A stretch of DNA of 64,000 nt from Gloeobacterales cyanobacterium (GTDB lineage: Bacteria > Cyanobacteriota > Cyanobacteriia > Gloeobacterales > PMM-0068), in NCBI GenBank assembly GCA_038245785.1, contig JBBRSB010000013.1, positions 32,001-96,000 of the forward strand. Direction: 5' to 3'. Of this stretch, positions 20,064-29,122 are shown piece after piece; position 1 is the stretch's first letter, and every line of letters begins with the position of its first letter. The notes beneath the pieces are model-generated. The model saw only the letters and a list, made by a program, of their open reading frames with translations, was not told where the DNA came from and did no database searches. The position numbers and the translations under genes are program-made.

Positions 20064-20180
20064 TGTTGCAAAAAGTATAGTGAGCACCACACTTCCTTAC
20101 AGGAAGTAGTGAATTAGACGGCAACTCCAAAGAGTTCCTTAGTGAAGCAGAGATGTCCCATGACATCCCCTTTTGCAACA
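20064..20180. mobile_element. Possible miniature IS remnant
   Basis: 10-bp inverted ends TGTTGCAAAA / TTTTGCAACA with small internal hairpins; no ORF. Confidence 0.35.
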
Positions 20181-20282
20181 TTTTTGCTCTGGGCTATGTC
20201 CTGCTCTGCATTACCTATCCTCGTTCCGATTGCCTCTTTGAAGTGGGGGTGGAGTCCCAGGCCGATTTATACATCAATCCCT

Positions 20283-20760
20283 TCAAATAGAGTACTGAAG
20301 CGGGAAAGATTTGACATCTTTCGTTCTAACGAAGACTTCCTGATAGGGTTTCAAATCCAGCTCATCAAACTGGTCACGGGTGAGATTCGCGGTGACAACC
20401 TGTCCATCATCTAGCGCCAACTGCCTGAATTTCCCAGCCCAAGTGCGTGAGACGATTTATCCTAGCCTGTGTAGTTGTGTTCTGTTGCTCTATTTCGATA
20501 ACAATATCGTGGGGACGCAGAAGCACCTAAGTATGGTACAGCTCGTATTCACTGTCTTGAAAGATGCTTGAACTACTAGGCAAAACATTGACAGGGCCAA
20601 TAAAACTCATCACAAAAGGCGTTTTGGGCTGGTCATAAATTTCTCGGGCTGAACCTACCTGCTCAATCTTGCCCTTGTTCATTACAACGATTTCATTGGC
20701 TACTTCCAAAGCTTCTTCCTGGTCATGGGTGACAAATACTGAGGTCACATGAACTTCAAT
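20283..20760 (-). pseudogene. cysA: Sulfate ABC transporter ATPase, C-terminal remnant
   Basis: [20 protein letters not shown]...[11 protein letters not shown], in-frame stop at 20527, then LRPHDI...HLGWEIQ, a frameshift, and ...[10 protein letters not shown]-terminal Walker A half missing. Confidence 0.85.
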
Positions 20761-20858
20761 AGAGGTCTAATGACTAAACATATTAGGCCTGAGCTAGAAA
20801 GTAGCCAAGTAAAAAAAATCGAGGGATAGTATATGGGCGACTTCTATTCGGTGAGCAT

Positions 20859-21359
20859 ATGACCTTAGACGATGAAGCAAGCACCACTCCGCTGATTACG
20901 CCCCATCAGATGAAGCTACTCAGGGCTGTGACTGCGATGGCCTGGGCCGATGGTCAGCTAGAGCCGGGGGAGGCAGAACTGCTCGTAGAATCATTAGCCG
21001 CTCTGTTTGGCCATTTACCCCAAGAATCTTTGAAAGTACAGCTCCGTCAGTTTATTCAACAGAATATTCCCTTAGAAGAAACCGTTCCGAAGATTGAAAC
21101 CCTAGAAGACAAAAAGCTCTTAGTCCAGCTTTCCTATTTAGTAGCTCGTTCCAGCCGCCGTACAGAAGATGAACCCTGGATTAACCAAGAAGAGTCTGAA
21201 GCGTATCAGAAGGTCCTCCATATAGTTCATCTCCCGCATCAAGTTGTTAATCAGCTAGAAGTAGAAGCAGAGCATGTTGCAGACACCCTGGAACACAATC
21301 ATGGGGAAGGAATGAAAAAATTAGTACGGGGTATCCTCGCTTTCTTTGAAGAAGATTAA
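20859..21359 (+). CDS. TerB-like protein
   Basis: LLRAVTAMAWADGQLEPGE motif. Confidence 0.75.
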   Translation: MTLDDEASTTPLITPHQMKLLRAVTAMAWADGQLEPGEAELLVESLAALFGHLPQESLKVQLRQFIQQNIPLEETVPKIETLEDKKLLVQLSYLVARSSRRTEDEPWINQEESEAYQKVLHIVHLPHQVVNQLEVEAEHVADTLEHNHGEGMKKLVRGILAFFEED

Positions 21360-21802
21360 GTTGAAAAATGAGCTGTTTTTTGACGCAACTCTAATGCGCA
21401 AGATGTCACTTTTAGAGACATTCTTCCAACACACTCGATCCTATCTGTCAAAGCCAGTGACCAGTGAACATAGTACGTATACTCCGAACGGTACTCAGAA
21501 GTCTGCCTAGCCTCTTCCTCTGCACATTTGGCCGAATCCCTTTTCTACCTATGCGTGAGACGTTTGAGACCCATGCGCCTTAAATAAGAATCAATAGGCA
21601 TAAGTCTGGATAATTTTAGAATAATCCATATAGGTTATGACCTTTTATAACTTTTGGGGGTTCTTTGAACCCCAATCGGGATATTTGCGTCCAAACATCT
21701 GACTTTTTATCACGGGCAAGAAGCGCTTAAGTCGGTATATTCCAGTCAAGACGAGTTGATTTCTGGATTCAAAGAACTTCTCCGAAGGCAAGGTATGTAT
21801 TT

Positions 21803-22444
21803 ATGACTACAAATATAGGCAGCGTCAAGCTGATGTTAGAAGAATTTTACAAAGGACGTGCACTCTGGTCTTATGCCTCTGGCAAGAGAATTCCTCTCTT
21901 TGAAGATGAAGTGTGCATTATTTATCGCGGTATTGTCCGCACACAAACCCTTCAACCTGGAGGAGAAGAATCTATTTTGGGATTTATGGGACCAATGATG
22001 CCTGTGGCGCGGAAATTTACGCTGCTCAATCCCTACGAAGTCCATGCCTTGACGCACGTTGACCTTCTACGCCTTCACTGGGATGAAATCGAGCGGTCTG
22101 ATGATTTGGTGCGAGAGTTGAATCGTTCTTTGATACAGCGTCTTCGCCATACTGAAGTGATGCTTGCTCTATTGAGTAAAAGACAAACTAGTGAGCGATT
22201 GATTGGATTTCTTTCTTTCTTAGCCCAGGAGTATGGCAAAAACACCCCTCAAGGCATACGTATTGAAGTTCAGATGACCCATCAGCAGATAGCCGATGCT
22301 ATCTGTACGACACGAGTTACTGTTACGCGCTTGTTAGGCGTTCTCAGAAAAGCCTCGCTCATTAAAGTGGGCCAAGATCGGGGTATCTACGTCATGGACG
22401 AATTATCGAGTAATCATGACCTTGACTTCTCTCGGATATCCTGA
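21803..22444 (+). CDS. Crp/Fnr-family transcriptional regulator
   Basis: C-terminal HTH MTHQQIADAICTTRVTVTRLLG. Confidence 0.92.
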   Translation: MTTNIGSVKLMLEEFYKGRALWSYASGKRIPLFEDEVCIIYRGIVRTQTLQPGGEESILGFMGPMMPVARKFTLLNPYEVHALTHVDLLRLHWDEIERSDDLVRELNRSLIQRLRHTEVMLALLSKRQTSERLIGFLSFLAQEYGKNTPQGIRIEVQMTHQQIADAICTTRVTVTRLLGVLRKASLIKVGQDRGIYVMDELSSNHDLDFSRIS

Positions 22445-22458
22445 TTAGTATTCAGAGA

Positions 22459-24330
22459 TTATTTGAATTTTTTCCAATCTGTATTGAAAATTGAGGTTCC
22501 AGGAAAGGAGATTGGGTTGCCACTGTCTTGAATCTGTTTTTGGAGTGCCTCTAAAGCCTTACTATCTCCAACATCTTTTACTAAGGTGTAGGGGAAAATG
22601 TCTTGCTTGAGGGCAAAATCAGCGGTATGTCCACCCGCTACACCAATAGACCACTCGGCGGGATGAACCCGATAGGCCCCATTAGTAATGTGGGTAGTTG
22701 CAATATTTTTGGATACCGCTAATAAATTATCAATTTTTTGAGGAATCAGGGCTCTCAGAGGTACTTGGAAAGGATAAGTAACTGAGGGCGCTTGCTCCGC
22801 TTCATAGGGGGACAAGCTGGTATCTGGCTTGATGCACTCATGGAAGTCAATAGGGTAGTGACCGACCCCCACACTGTCATAGAAAATATAGGCTCTTTGC
22901 CGATTTTCATCGTTAGCGCGCTGAGTGATGTCCGTTTCGTAGATTCTGAATCCGTAGGGATGACTGATCGAGGGTCTACCCAGAATCCTGCGTCCCTCCC
23001 GAATGTAGGGATGGCGAGAAAGACCATGAAGCGTGCCCATCGGACTGTCCGCCCCTTTGAGAAAGCGGTAATTTAGATAGAGGTCTTTTTGATATTGAGG
23101 ATTGAGTTTCTGGAGCTCTGGGTCTGAGCGACCTGTTTGAAGCCAGTAGAAATAGCCCAGGGCATGGTCTTCTCCTTTTTTGAGGGCCATAGGACGCAAT
23201 CCTCCTCGCCAATCTTGAAGCTGCCCAGATTTTTCCAATTGTTCTTGAGTCAGGGCTAAGTTGTCATCGGCAGTACCTAGCTTCCAATCATTCCCTCGGT
23301 CCCAGTTCTGCAGAGTTTGATCTCCGATACTAATAGCGTCAAGCTTGGTCCCTGGCAGCTTTCCCTTAATCCTGCGATAGGTAAAGATCTGGGCAAAATC
23401 AAAGATGGGTTTTTCATAGCTGTAGTAGCCTGCACTTAAATTGGAGTCGTAGCCTTCAGGTTTGATCGGGTTCGTCTCAGGTGTATCCGCAGCTTCCATG
23501 ATGAAGGTGTAGGTGAAGCCTTGCGTGCAATAGGGATCGGTGCCTGCAGAACTGGCTCCTGGTTCCCAACGGTTCCCCAAATCGGTACCCAGGGCGTAGG
23601 GTACTCCGGCTAAAGGCAAAAGCTCTCCCGTTTCGGTGGCATCCAAAACCATCCAAGGCAATTTATTATTCTGACGCTCTACCGAGGGTGTAAAACGAAG
23701 GACCTGTTTGTCAAATTTGGCCGAGGATTGAGGACTGTACCAGTCTTCTAAATAGTTAGAGAGGGGTTGGTCGTTGAGTGGACCTTTTGCAACATGGGTA
23801 ATTGCTTCCAGGCTGCGGATCTGTGTCCCTTCCACCTGTAAGCGCTTGATCACCGTATTTGGAAATAATTGCAGCGGTGGGGGACTGCCCGGAACTTTTG
23901 CTTGGAGATAAGGTTCCAACATCGCCCTTAAAATTTGATGTCCATCTTTAGGGGCAAAGCAACTATTGGAAACCCAGCATTTTCCGGGGTTCAACGTTCC
24001 GTAAAAATCAGTAATGCGTTGGCGAAACTCTAGGTAGGTTTTTGGAAACAGGCTGATATCTCGCTGAGAAGGCCGTTCGTCTAAGGCCGAAACGCCCTGC
24101 TGGGTGATCTGCCCACCAACCCAATCGGTCATTTCCGTCATGCAGACCCGTTGGCCTTGTTTCAAGCTTTCTAAGGCTGCGGCAAAGCCACCCAGACCTC
24201 CGCCAGCAATCATCACATTGCAGGAAACAGTTTGAGCTTGAGGTTGAGCGTGAACGGGGGTGTTAAAAGTATCGAAAGCAGCGAAAAATGCCCAACTGCT
24301 TAAACCAAGAGCTAGGAAACGTATATTCAT
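22459..24330 (-). CDS. Exported FAD-dependent oxidoreductase
   Basis: Signal peptide, GGGLGG, WVGGQIT.QGVSALDE, DATETGELL, YIREGRR, YPFQVPLRALIP, AYRVHPAEW. Confidence 0.88.
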   Translation of the reverse strand: MNIRFLALGLSSWAFFAAFDTFNTPVHAQPQAQTVSCNVMIAGGGLGGFAAALESLKQGQRVCMTEMTDWVGGQITQQGVSALDERPSQRDISLFPKTYLEFRQRITDFYGTLNPGKCWVSNSCFAPKDGHQILRAMLEPYLQAKVPGSPPPLQLFPNTVIKRLQVEGTQIRSLEAITHVAKGPLNDQPLSNYLEDWYSPQSSAKFDKQVLRFTPSVERQNNKLPWMVLDATETGELLPLAGVPYALGTDLGNRWEPGASSAGTDPYCTQGFTYTFIMEAADTPETNPIKPEGYDSNLSAGYYSYEKPIFDFAQIFTYRRIKGKLPGTKLDAISIGDQTLQNWDRGNDWKLGTADDNLALTQEQLEKSGQLQDWRGGLRPMALKKGEDHALGYFYWLQTGRSDPELQKLNPQYQKDLYLNYRFLKGADSPMGTLHGLSRHPYIREGRRILGRPSISHPYGFRIYETDITQRANDENRQRAYIFYDSVGVGHYPIDFHECIKPDTSLSPYEAEQAPSVTYPFQVPLRALIPQKIDNLLAVSKNIATTHITNGAYRVHPAEWSIGVAGGHTADFALKQDIFPYTLVKDVGDSKALEALQKQIQDSGNPISFPGTSIFNTDWKKFK

Positions 24331-24402
24331 GAGTTGATTGTAAAGGCAGAGGGGGTCGTTCTGGACTTAGGTCATTTCAACCTTTTGAGAAGAATTCAGG
24401 GT

Positions 24403-24774
24403 TTACTTGGGGCTGGCTACGGGTTCTAAAGAGGCAGAGATAGCTTCCAGTCCCCGTTCTCCAGTACGAATGCGGATGACTTCGCTAATCGGAGAAACAA
24501 AGACTTTGCCATCTCCGATCGAGCCTGTGCGAGCTGTCCGTGCAATCAAAGCAACGACCTGCTCTGTCATATCTTCAGGCACCACCGTTTCAATTCTCAG
24601 TTTTGACAAGAACTCTGCAGCATACTTGGCACCCCGAAAGGAGAGATAGTGCCCCTTCTGACGCCCAAACCCTTCAACCACCGTCACGGTCATTCCCTCT
24701 ACACCCGCCTCCACCAAAGCATCTTTAACTGCAGTTAACTGACTTGGTTGAATAATGGCTTCGATCTTATTCAT
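24403..24774 (-). CDS. glnB: PII-family nitrogen regulator (divergent GlnB/GlnK type)
   Basis: GFGRQKG, ARTG.IGDGKVF, IRIRTGERG. Confidence 0.88.
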   Translation of the reverse strand: MNKIEAIIQPSQLTAVKDALVEAGVEGMTVTVVEGFGRQKGHYLSFRGAKYAAEFLSKLRIETVVPEDMTEQVVALIARTARTGSIGDGKVFVSPISEVIRIRTGERGLEAISASLEPVASPK

Positions 24775-24781
24775 AGTTTTC

Positions 24782-24795
24782 GTATTTTATGCTAC
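24782..24795 (-). promoter_or_regulatory. Second NtcA-type box just upstream of the PII start codon
   Basis: GTAGCATAAAATAC on the minus strand = GTA-N8-TAC. Confidence 0.55.
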
Positions 24796-24803
24796 AGAAT
24801 TAT

Positions 24804-24846
24804 ATTCTAGTTTGCCCATTGACGTAGGGTAGGTAAAGGAAGTTAC
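24804..24846 (-). promoter_or_regulatory. NtcA-activated promoter of the PII gene
   Basis: Minus strand GTAACTTCCTTTAC, 23-nt spacer, then TAGAAT; fits GTA-N8-TAC-N22/23-TAN3T. Confidence 0.72.
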
Positions 24847-24875
24847 AAAACAAAATTAATTTTGTTTATTCTGAA

Positions 24876-25292
24876 ATGACAGTGTCACGTCACGGTCAAG
24901 TGATGAAAATTTTTGCGTTGAGACTCAATCCAAACCAAGACTTAAAATTTGAGCTGAAGAAATTCACTGCAGAAAATGACCTGCGTGCTGGGTTTATCTT
25001 GACCACGGTGGGTTCTTTAAAGAAAGCTGAAGTGAGACTGGCTAACGAAAAAGAGAGCACAAGTTTTGAAGAAAATTTTGAGATTATCTCTTTAGTTGGC
25101 ACCCTCTGCCGCGAGGGCTTACATCTCCATATAGGTTTGGCAAATGCGAAAGGAACTGTGATTGGAGGGCACGTTGAAGAGGGCTGTATCGTTTACACCA
25201 CCGCTGAAATTGTGATCGGAGAAAGCACAAATCATACGTTTTGTAGAGTGCTTGATCCTGAAACAGGTTTCTATGAGTTAGAGATCAGATGA
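24876..25292 (+). CDS. PPC/DUF296 domain protein
   Basis: LRLNPNQDL, FEIISLVGTL, HLHI, GGHV. Start may be 24903. Confidence 0.9.
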   Translation: MTVSRHGQVMKIFALRLNPNQDLKFELKKFTAENDLRAGFILTTVGSLKKAEVRLANEKESTSFEENFEIISLVGTLCREGLHLHIGLANAKGTVIGGHVEEGCIVYTTAEIVIGESTNHTFCRVLDPETGFYELEIR

Positions 25293-25723
25293 ATATACGC
25301 GTGAAGCCCATGGAATCTCCAGAAGAGTGGTTAGGGGCGTGTGAAGTTAGGCGCTTAGTTTTTCAAGAAGAACAAGGTATCTCTGCTGATTTAGAATTTG
25401 ATGGACAAGATGATGCTGCACAACACTTTATTGCCTTGATTGGGCAGCAAATAGTTGGAACAGCAAGAGTGCGCTACTTTCCTGAACAAAATGCTGCAAA
25501 AATTGAACGGATGGCAGTCTTATCAAACTTTAGGAAACAGGGAATTGGCTTTGAATTGATGCAACATATTTTGAACTATTTACAGCTCACAGGAGTTCAA
25601 ACGACTAAAATCCATGCACAAGAAAGAGTGAAGCCCTTCTACGAAAGGTTAGGGTTCCAACAGCAGGGACTTCCTTTTGATGAAGCAGGAATTAGTCATG
25701 TTTCTATGATTCGAAAGTTATGA
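25289..25723 (+). CDS. GNAT N-acetyltransferase (ElaA/YjcF-like)
   Basis: RRLVFQEEQ, ERMAVL..FRKQGIG, FYERLGF, FDEAGISH. Confidence 0.9.
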   Translation: MNIRVKPMESPEEWLGACEVRRLVFQEEQGISADLEFDGQDDAAQHFIALIGQQIVGTARVRYFPEQNAAKIERMAVLSNFRKQGIGFELMQHILNYLQLTGVQTTKIHAQERVKPFYERLGFQQQGLPFDEAGISHVSMIRKL

Positions 25724-25764
25724 ATCTGAGAATTAGATAGTAGATACTCCAATGATTTTCTTGC

Positions 25765-25840
25765 AGATCCCCCAAGCAAAAGAGAACTTTGAGCTGTAAA
25801 TGGCATTGTCCCCCTTAGTAAGGGGGGAGCGGGGGGATCT
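25765..25840 (+). repeat. Dispersed ~75-bp palindromic repeat, copy B
   Basis: AGATCCCCC...GGGGGATCT ends with internal CCCCCTTAGTAAGGGGG hairpin. Confidence 0.85.
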
Positions 25841-25870
25841 ATCATGGTTATGGATTCTCTATAAGTTTTT

Positions 25871-26350
25871 ATGGATATTGTTTGGCTCCACGGTTCTCAC
25901 CTTCGATCTAGTGATCCAGCTTTGGCTGCAAATCCTGATGCTTCCGTCATCTTTATCTTTGATACTGACTATCTAAAAAGTCAAAAAACAGCCTTCCATC
26001 GTCTTCAGTTTATGTACGAAGGAATTTTAGATGTATATCAAAATATTCCTAACATGATGAAAGAAATTCACTTGGGGCGCTTGGAGGATGAACTTTTAGC
26101 GTTTGCACACAAAGTCAAAGCAACTCACCTACACACTACCGTTAGCGAATCTCCTGAATTTCGAGCTGCCGTCGCTTCCCTAGAAAAAAACCTGCCTATA
26201 GCGCTTTATGAGTCACCGCCTATGATCACGGGCTACACAGAAGAGCCTGTCCGCTTCTCTCGCTATTGGCGCAAGGTAGGGGTTCAGGTTCTGGGCTATC
26301 CTCCTGAGCAGAAAAGTCCTTTCCATAAAACCAATAAAACTAGACGTTAG
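25871..26350 (+). CDS. Stand-alone DNA photolyase N-terminal-like domain protein
   Basis: IVWLHGSHLR..DPAL, IFIFD, RLQFMYE, RFSRYWRKV; no FAD-binding domain. Confidence 0.7.
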   Translation: MDIVWLHGSHLRSSDPALAANPDASVIFIFDTDYLKSQKTAFHRLQFMYEGILDVYQNIPNMMKEIHLGRLEDELLAFAHKVKATHLHTTVSESPEFRAAVASLEKNLPIALYESPPMITGYTEEPVRFSRYWRKVGVQVLGYPPEQKSPFHKTNKTRR

Positions 26351-26354
26351 CTGT

Positions 26355-26918
26355 ATGCAAGAACTTCGTAACCAGGTTCAATCCCAACTTCAGCAAGGAA
26401 AAGTCATTGGCTTTGCCACGGATACCGTGCCCGCCCTTGCTACCCTGCCAGAACATGGAGAAAAAATCTTCTCTTTGAAGCGACGTCCAGGCAACAAGCC
26501 TTTGATCCTGTTGGGCGCTGATCTGGAACAGCTCAAACCCTATATTCAAGGTTGGCAAAGGGAATGGCAAACCTTAGCTCAAGACGCTTGGCCTGGTCCG
26601 CTGACCCTTATTTTACCTGCGAGTTCACGGGTCCCAGAGGCTGTACATCGTGGACAGGAGACTGTTGGCATCAGAGTTCCAGCTATCGGCCAAGAATGGC
26701 TGGCCGAGATTGGTCCCTTGGCGACTACCAGCGCTAATCGATCGGGCCATCCCCCTGTTCAAGGCCAAGTAGAATTTCAAGCTTTATTTCCGGAAGTACT
26801 CGTGCTTCCAGGGCTTTACGAACAAGCTACGGGTTCTTCCTCCACTATTGTCCTCTGGAAAGGAGATCGGTGGGTTTTGCTTCGCGAAGGAAAATTTTCT
26901 TTACCCCGAAAGCTTTAG
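26355..26918 (+). CDS. tsaC: L-threonylcarbamoyladenylate synthase (YrdC/Sua5 family)
   Basis: TDTV..L, KRRP.NKPLILL, WPGPLTLIL, TTSANRSG. Confidence 0.9.
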   Translation: MQELRNQVQSQLQQGKVIGFATDTVPALATLPEHGEKIFSLKRRPGNKPLILLGADLEQLKPYIQGWQREWQTLAQDAWPGPLTLILPASSRVPEAVHRGQETVGIRVPAIGQEWLAEIGPLATTSANRSGHPPVQGQVEFQALFPEVLVLPGLYEQATGSSSTIVLWKGDRWVLLREGKFSLPRKL

Positions 26919-27139
26919 GGAATCTAAGGAATCATCGGGGTCTATTAACGAAGTGTAAGCAAGAGGAGTATGATAAAAGAGATTGAGTAGTTCTACCCAG
27001 ACAAAAACCTAGTTTATTAGGTAAGTATTTTCTGGTTTGGGGTAACAATAAAGCCCCCTGTTCAAACGCTTTCTAACAGTGCGAGCCTACGAAATAGATA
27101 GGGCTTGCCTGTCTTTCCTATGTTACCCAAGGAGGTACA

Positions 27140-27451
27140 ATGACCACCACTACGCCTGCGAAAAAATATAGCTTAAAAGTCTATTGGTCGGAGGAATCCC
27201 TGTTGCTTGGGGTAGATCGCCTTTATAACACCAGCCGTTCTCCCATTACAGACTATTTCAATTGGCCAAAAGAGAATGCTTGGGAATCTCTGAAGGTGCA
27301 ATTGGAAAAAAAAGAGTGGATTGACCAGCATGAGCGCTATTCTCTGCTACAGCAAGCTACGGATGTGATTAATTTCTGGCAGCAAAAGAAAGAAAACCCT
27401 TCCGTGGAAGGAGCTCGGGAAAAATTCCCAGAGGTGCTTTTTGTAACCTAG
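27140..27451 (+). CDS. ycf65: 30S ribosomal protein PSRP-3/Ycf65
   Basis: LKVYW...SPITDYFNWPK.NAWE.LK..LE.KEWI, INFWQ; GGAGG RBS. Confidence 0.9.
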   Translation: MTTTTPAKKYSLKVYWSEESLLLGVDRLYNTSRSPITDYFNWPKENAWESLKVQLEKKEWIDQHERYSLLQQATDVINFWQQKKENPSVEGAREKFPEVLFVT

Positions 27452-27474
27452 CGCACTTTGGTCTTCAGTAAATG

Positions 27475-27496
27475 GGGCCTCCTGCGGGAGGCTTTG
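27475..27496 (+). terminator. Hairpin after ycf65
   Basis: GCCTCC-TGCG-GGAGGC followed by a short TTT. Confidence 0.5.
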
Positions 27497-27654
27497 CAAA
27501 AATTTACAAATTAGATTACATTACTATAGTTACCCCCTGCGATTGAGCTTTATCCTCCGACATAAGTTTAAGGATGGATGTTTTAGAAAAGCCTTTTCTC
27601 AACATGAAAGCAGTCGCAAACGGTGGGTTGTTGTACACCCTGTTTGGATGCTTC

Positions 27655-29103
27655 ATGGAACATACGTTTGCTAGTCTTGGCTTGAGTGAGACCCTGGTTG
27701 ATGCCGTAAAAGTGTTGGGATTTGAAGAACCAACCCCCGTCCAAGTCCAAGCCATTCCTCCTCTTTTACAAGGGCGAGATGTGTTGGCACTTGCTCAAAC
27801 GGGAACTGGAAAGACAGCAGCTTTCTCGCTGCCAATGATTCAACTGATTGATATCAAGCAACATGCTGTACAGGGTTTAGTTCTCACACCAACGAGAGAA
27901 CTTACTGTTCAGGTCGCAGAAGCCATTCATACCTATGGCGAATCTTTTGGGCTGAAGGTATTGCCTGTTTTTGGAGGTCAACCGATTGACCGTCAGATCC
28001 GCCGTTTACAGAAAGGCATGCATTTAGTGGTCGGCACCCCTGGCCGGGTGATTGACCTCCTCGACCGGAAAGAATTGAAGCTTGACCATCTGAGAATGGT
28101 CGTCATGGATGAAGCCGACCAGATGTTGGATATGGGCTTCATTGATGCTGTCGAAGAAATTTTGCAACATGCGTCCAAAGAGCGTCAGACCTCACTATTT
28201 TCTGCAACAATGCCTTCTGCCATCCGCAGACTGGCTCAGCGCTATCTGAAAGACCCTGTCAGCGTCACGGTTACGCCTACGACGGCAAGCAAGGCTCAAA
28301 TTGAACAGCGTTTTTATACCGTTTCTAATCATGCAAGATTGGAGTCTTTAAGCCGCATTCTGGCTGTGGAAAATCCGACTTCTTCAATTATTTTCACACG
28401 TACCAAGCGGGATGCTGCCCAACTAGCCCAAGAGCTACAGGGACAAGGTTATCGCTGTGATGCCCTGCACGGGGATATTGACCAGATGACCCGGCAATTT
28501 GTCTTAGACAAGTTCCGCAACCAACAGCTGACTATCCTTACAGCTACAGATGTGGCTGCTCGTGGATTGGACATTAACGACCTCAGTCATGTGTTTAACT
28601 ATGAGCCACCCCAGAATGTGGAAAGCTATATTCACCGGATTGGCAGGACGGGAAGAGCGGGGAAACAGGGGGTTGCGATTACCCTGATTGCGCCTCAGGA
28701 ACGTCGGTTTATGAGTTCGGTTGAAAGACACACAGGGAAAGCCGTTCAAGTCTGGAAGCTTCCTACCTTGGCAGAGGTAGAAGCACAGAAGCTACAGGCT
28801 CTGCGTCTTACCTTGGAGACCATTCTGGAGAAGGCAGACCTCGCAGGCTACGAAAAGTTCTTGGAACGATTTAGAGGAGAGCGGGACGCTTTGCAATTGG
28901 CGGCGGCGGCTCTTTACTTTGCGAAGCAAGGGCCTTTTGTGGAAGGGGTGCCTGAGGAGCAAGAACGTCCTCCAGAGCGGAAGTTCTCAAATTCCAATTA
29001 TGACGACCGTCCAAGACGTACTTTCTCGTCTTCTGGTTCTGGAGGTTCTGGCCGTCCAAGAGCTAATTCTGGATCTGGGCGCGTGCGGGCCGAAAAGTAC
29101 TAG
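27655..29103 (+). CDS. DEAD-box RNA helicase (DeaD/CrhR-like)
   Basis: Q motif, AQTGTGKT, PTREL, TPGR, DEAD, SAT, ARGLD, HRIGRTGR; start set at ATG 27655. Confidence 0.95.
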   Translation: MEHTFASLGLSETLVDAVKVLGFEEPTPVQVQAIPPLLQGRDVLALAQTGTGKTAAFSLPMIQLIDIKQHAVQGLVLTPTRELTVQVAEAIHTYGESFGLKVLPVFGGQPIDRQIRRLQKGMHLVVGTPGRVIDLLDRKELKLDHLRMVVMDEADQMLDMGFIDAVEEILQHASKERQTSLFSATMPSAIRRLAQRYLKDPVSVTVTPTTASKAQIEQRFYTVSNHARLESLSRILAVENPTSSIIFTRTKRDAAQLAQELQGQGYRCDALHGDIDQMTRQFVLDKFRNQQLTILTATDVAARGLDINDLSHVFNYEPPQNVESYIHRIGRTGRAGKQGVAITLIAPQERRFMSSVERHTGKAVQVWKLPTLAEVEAQKLQALRLTLETILEKADLAGYEKFLERFRGERDALQLAAAALYFAKQGPFVEGVPEEQERPPERKFSNSNYDDRPRRTFSSSGSGGSGRPRANSGSGRVRAEKY

Positions 29104-29122
29104 TTAGAGAGCGAATTTTCCG

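Noticed and set aside
21465..21500. Possible LexA box upstream of the Crp gene
   Set aside because: The GTAC/GAAC half-sites do not show the expected 4-nt spacing.
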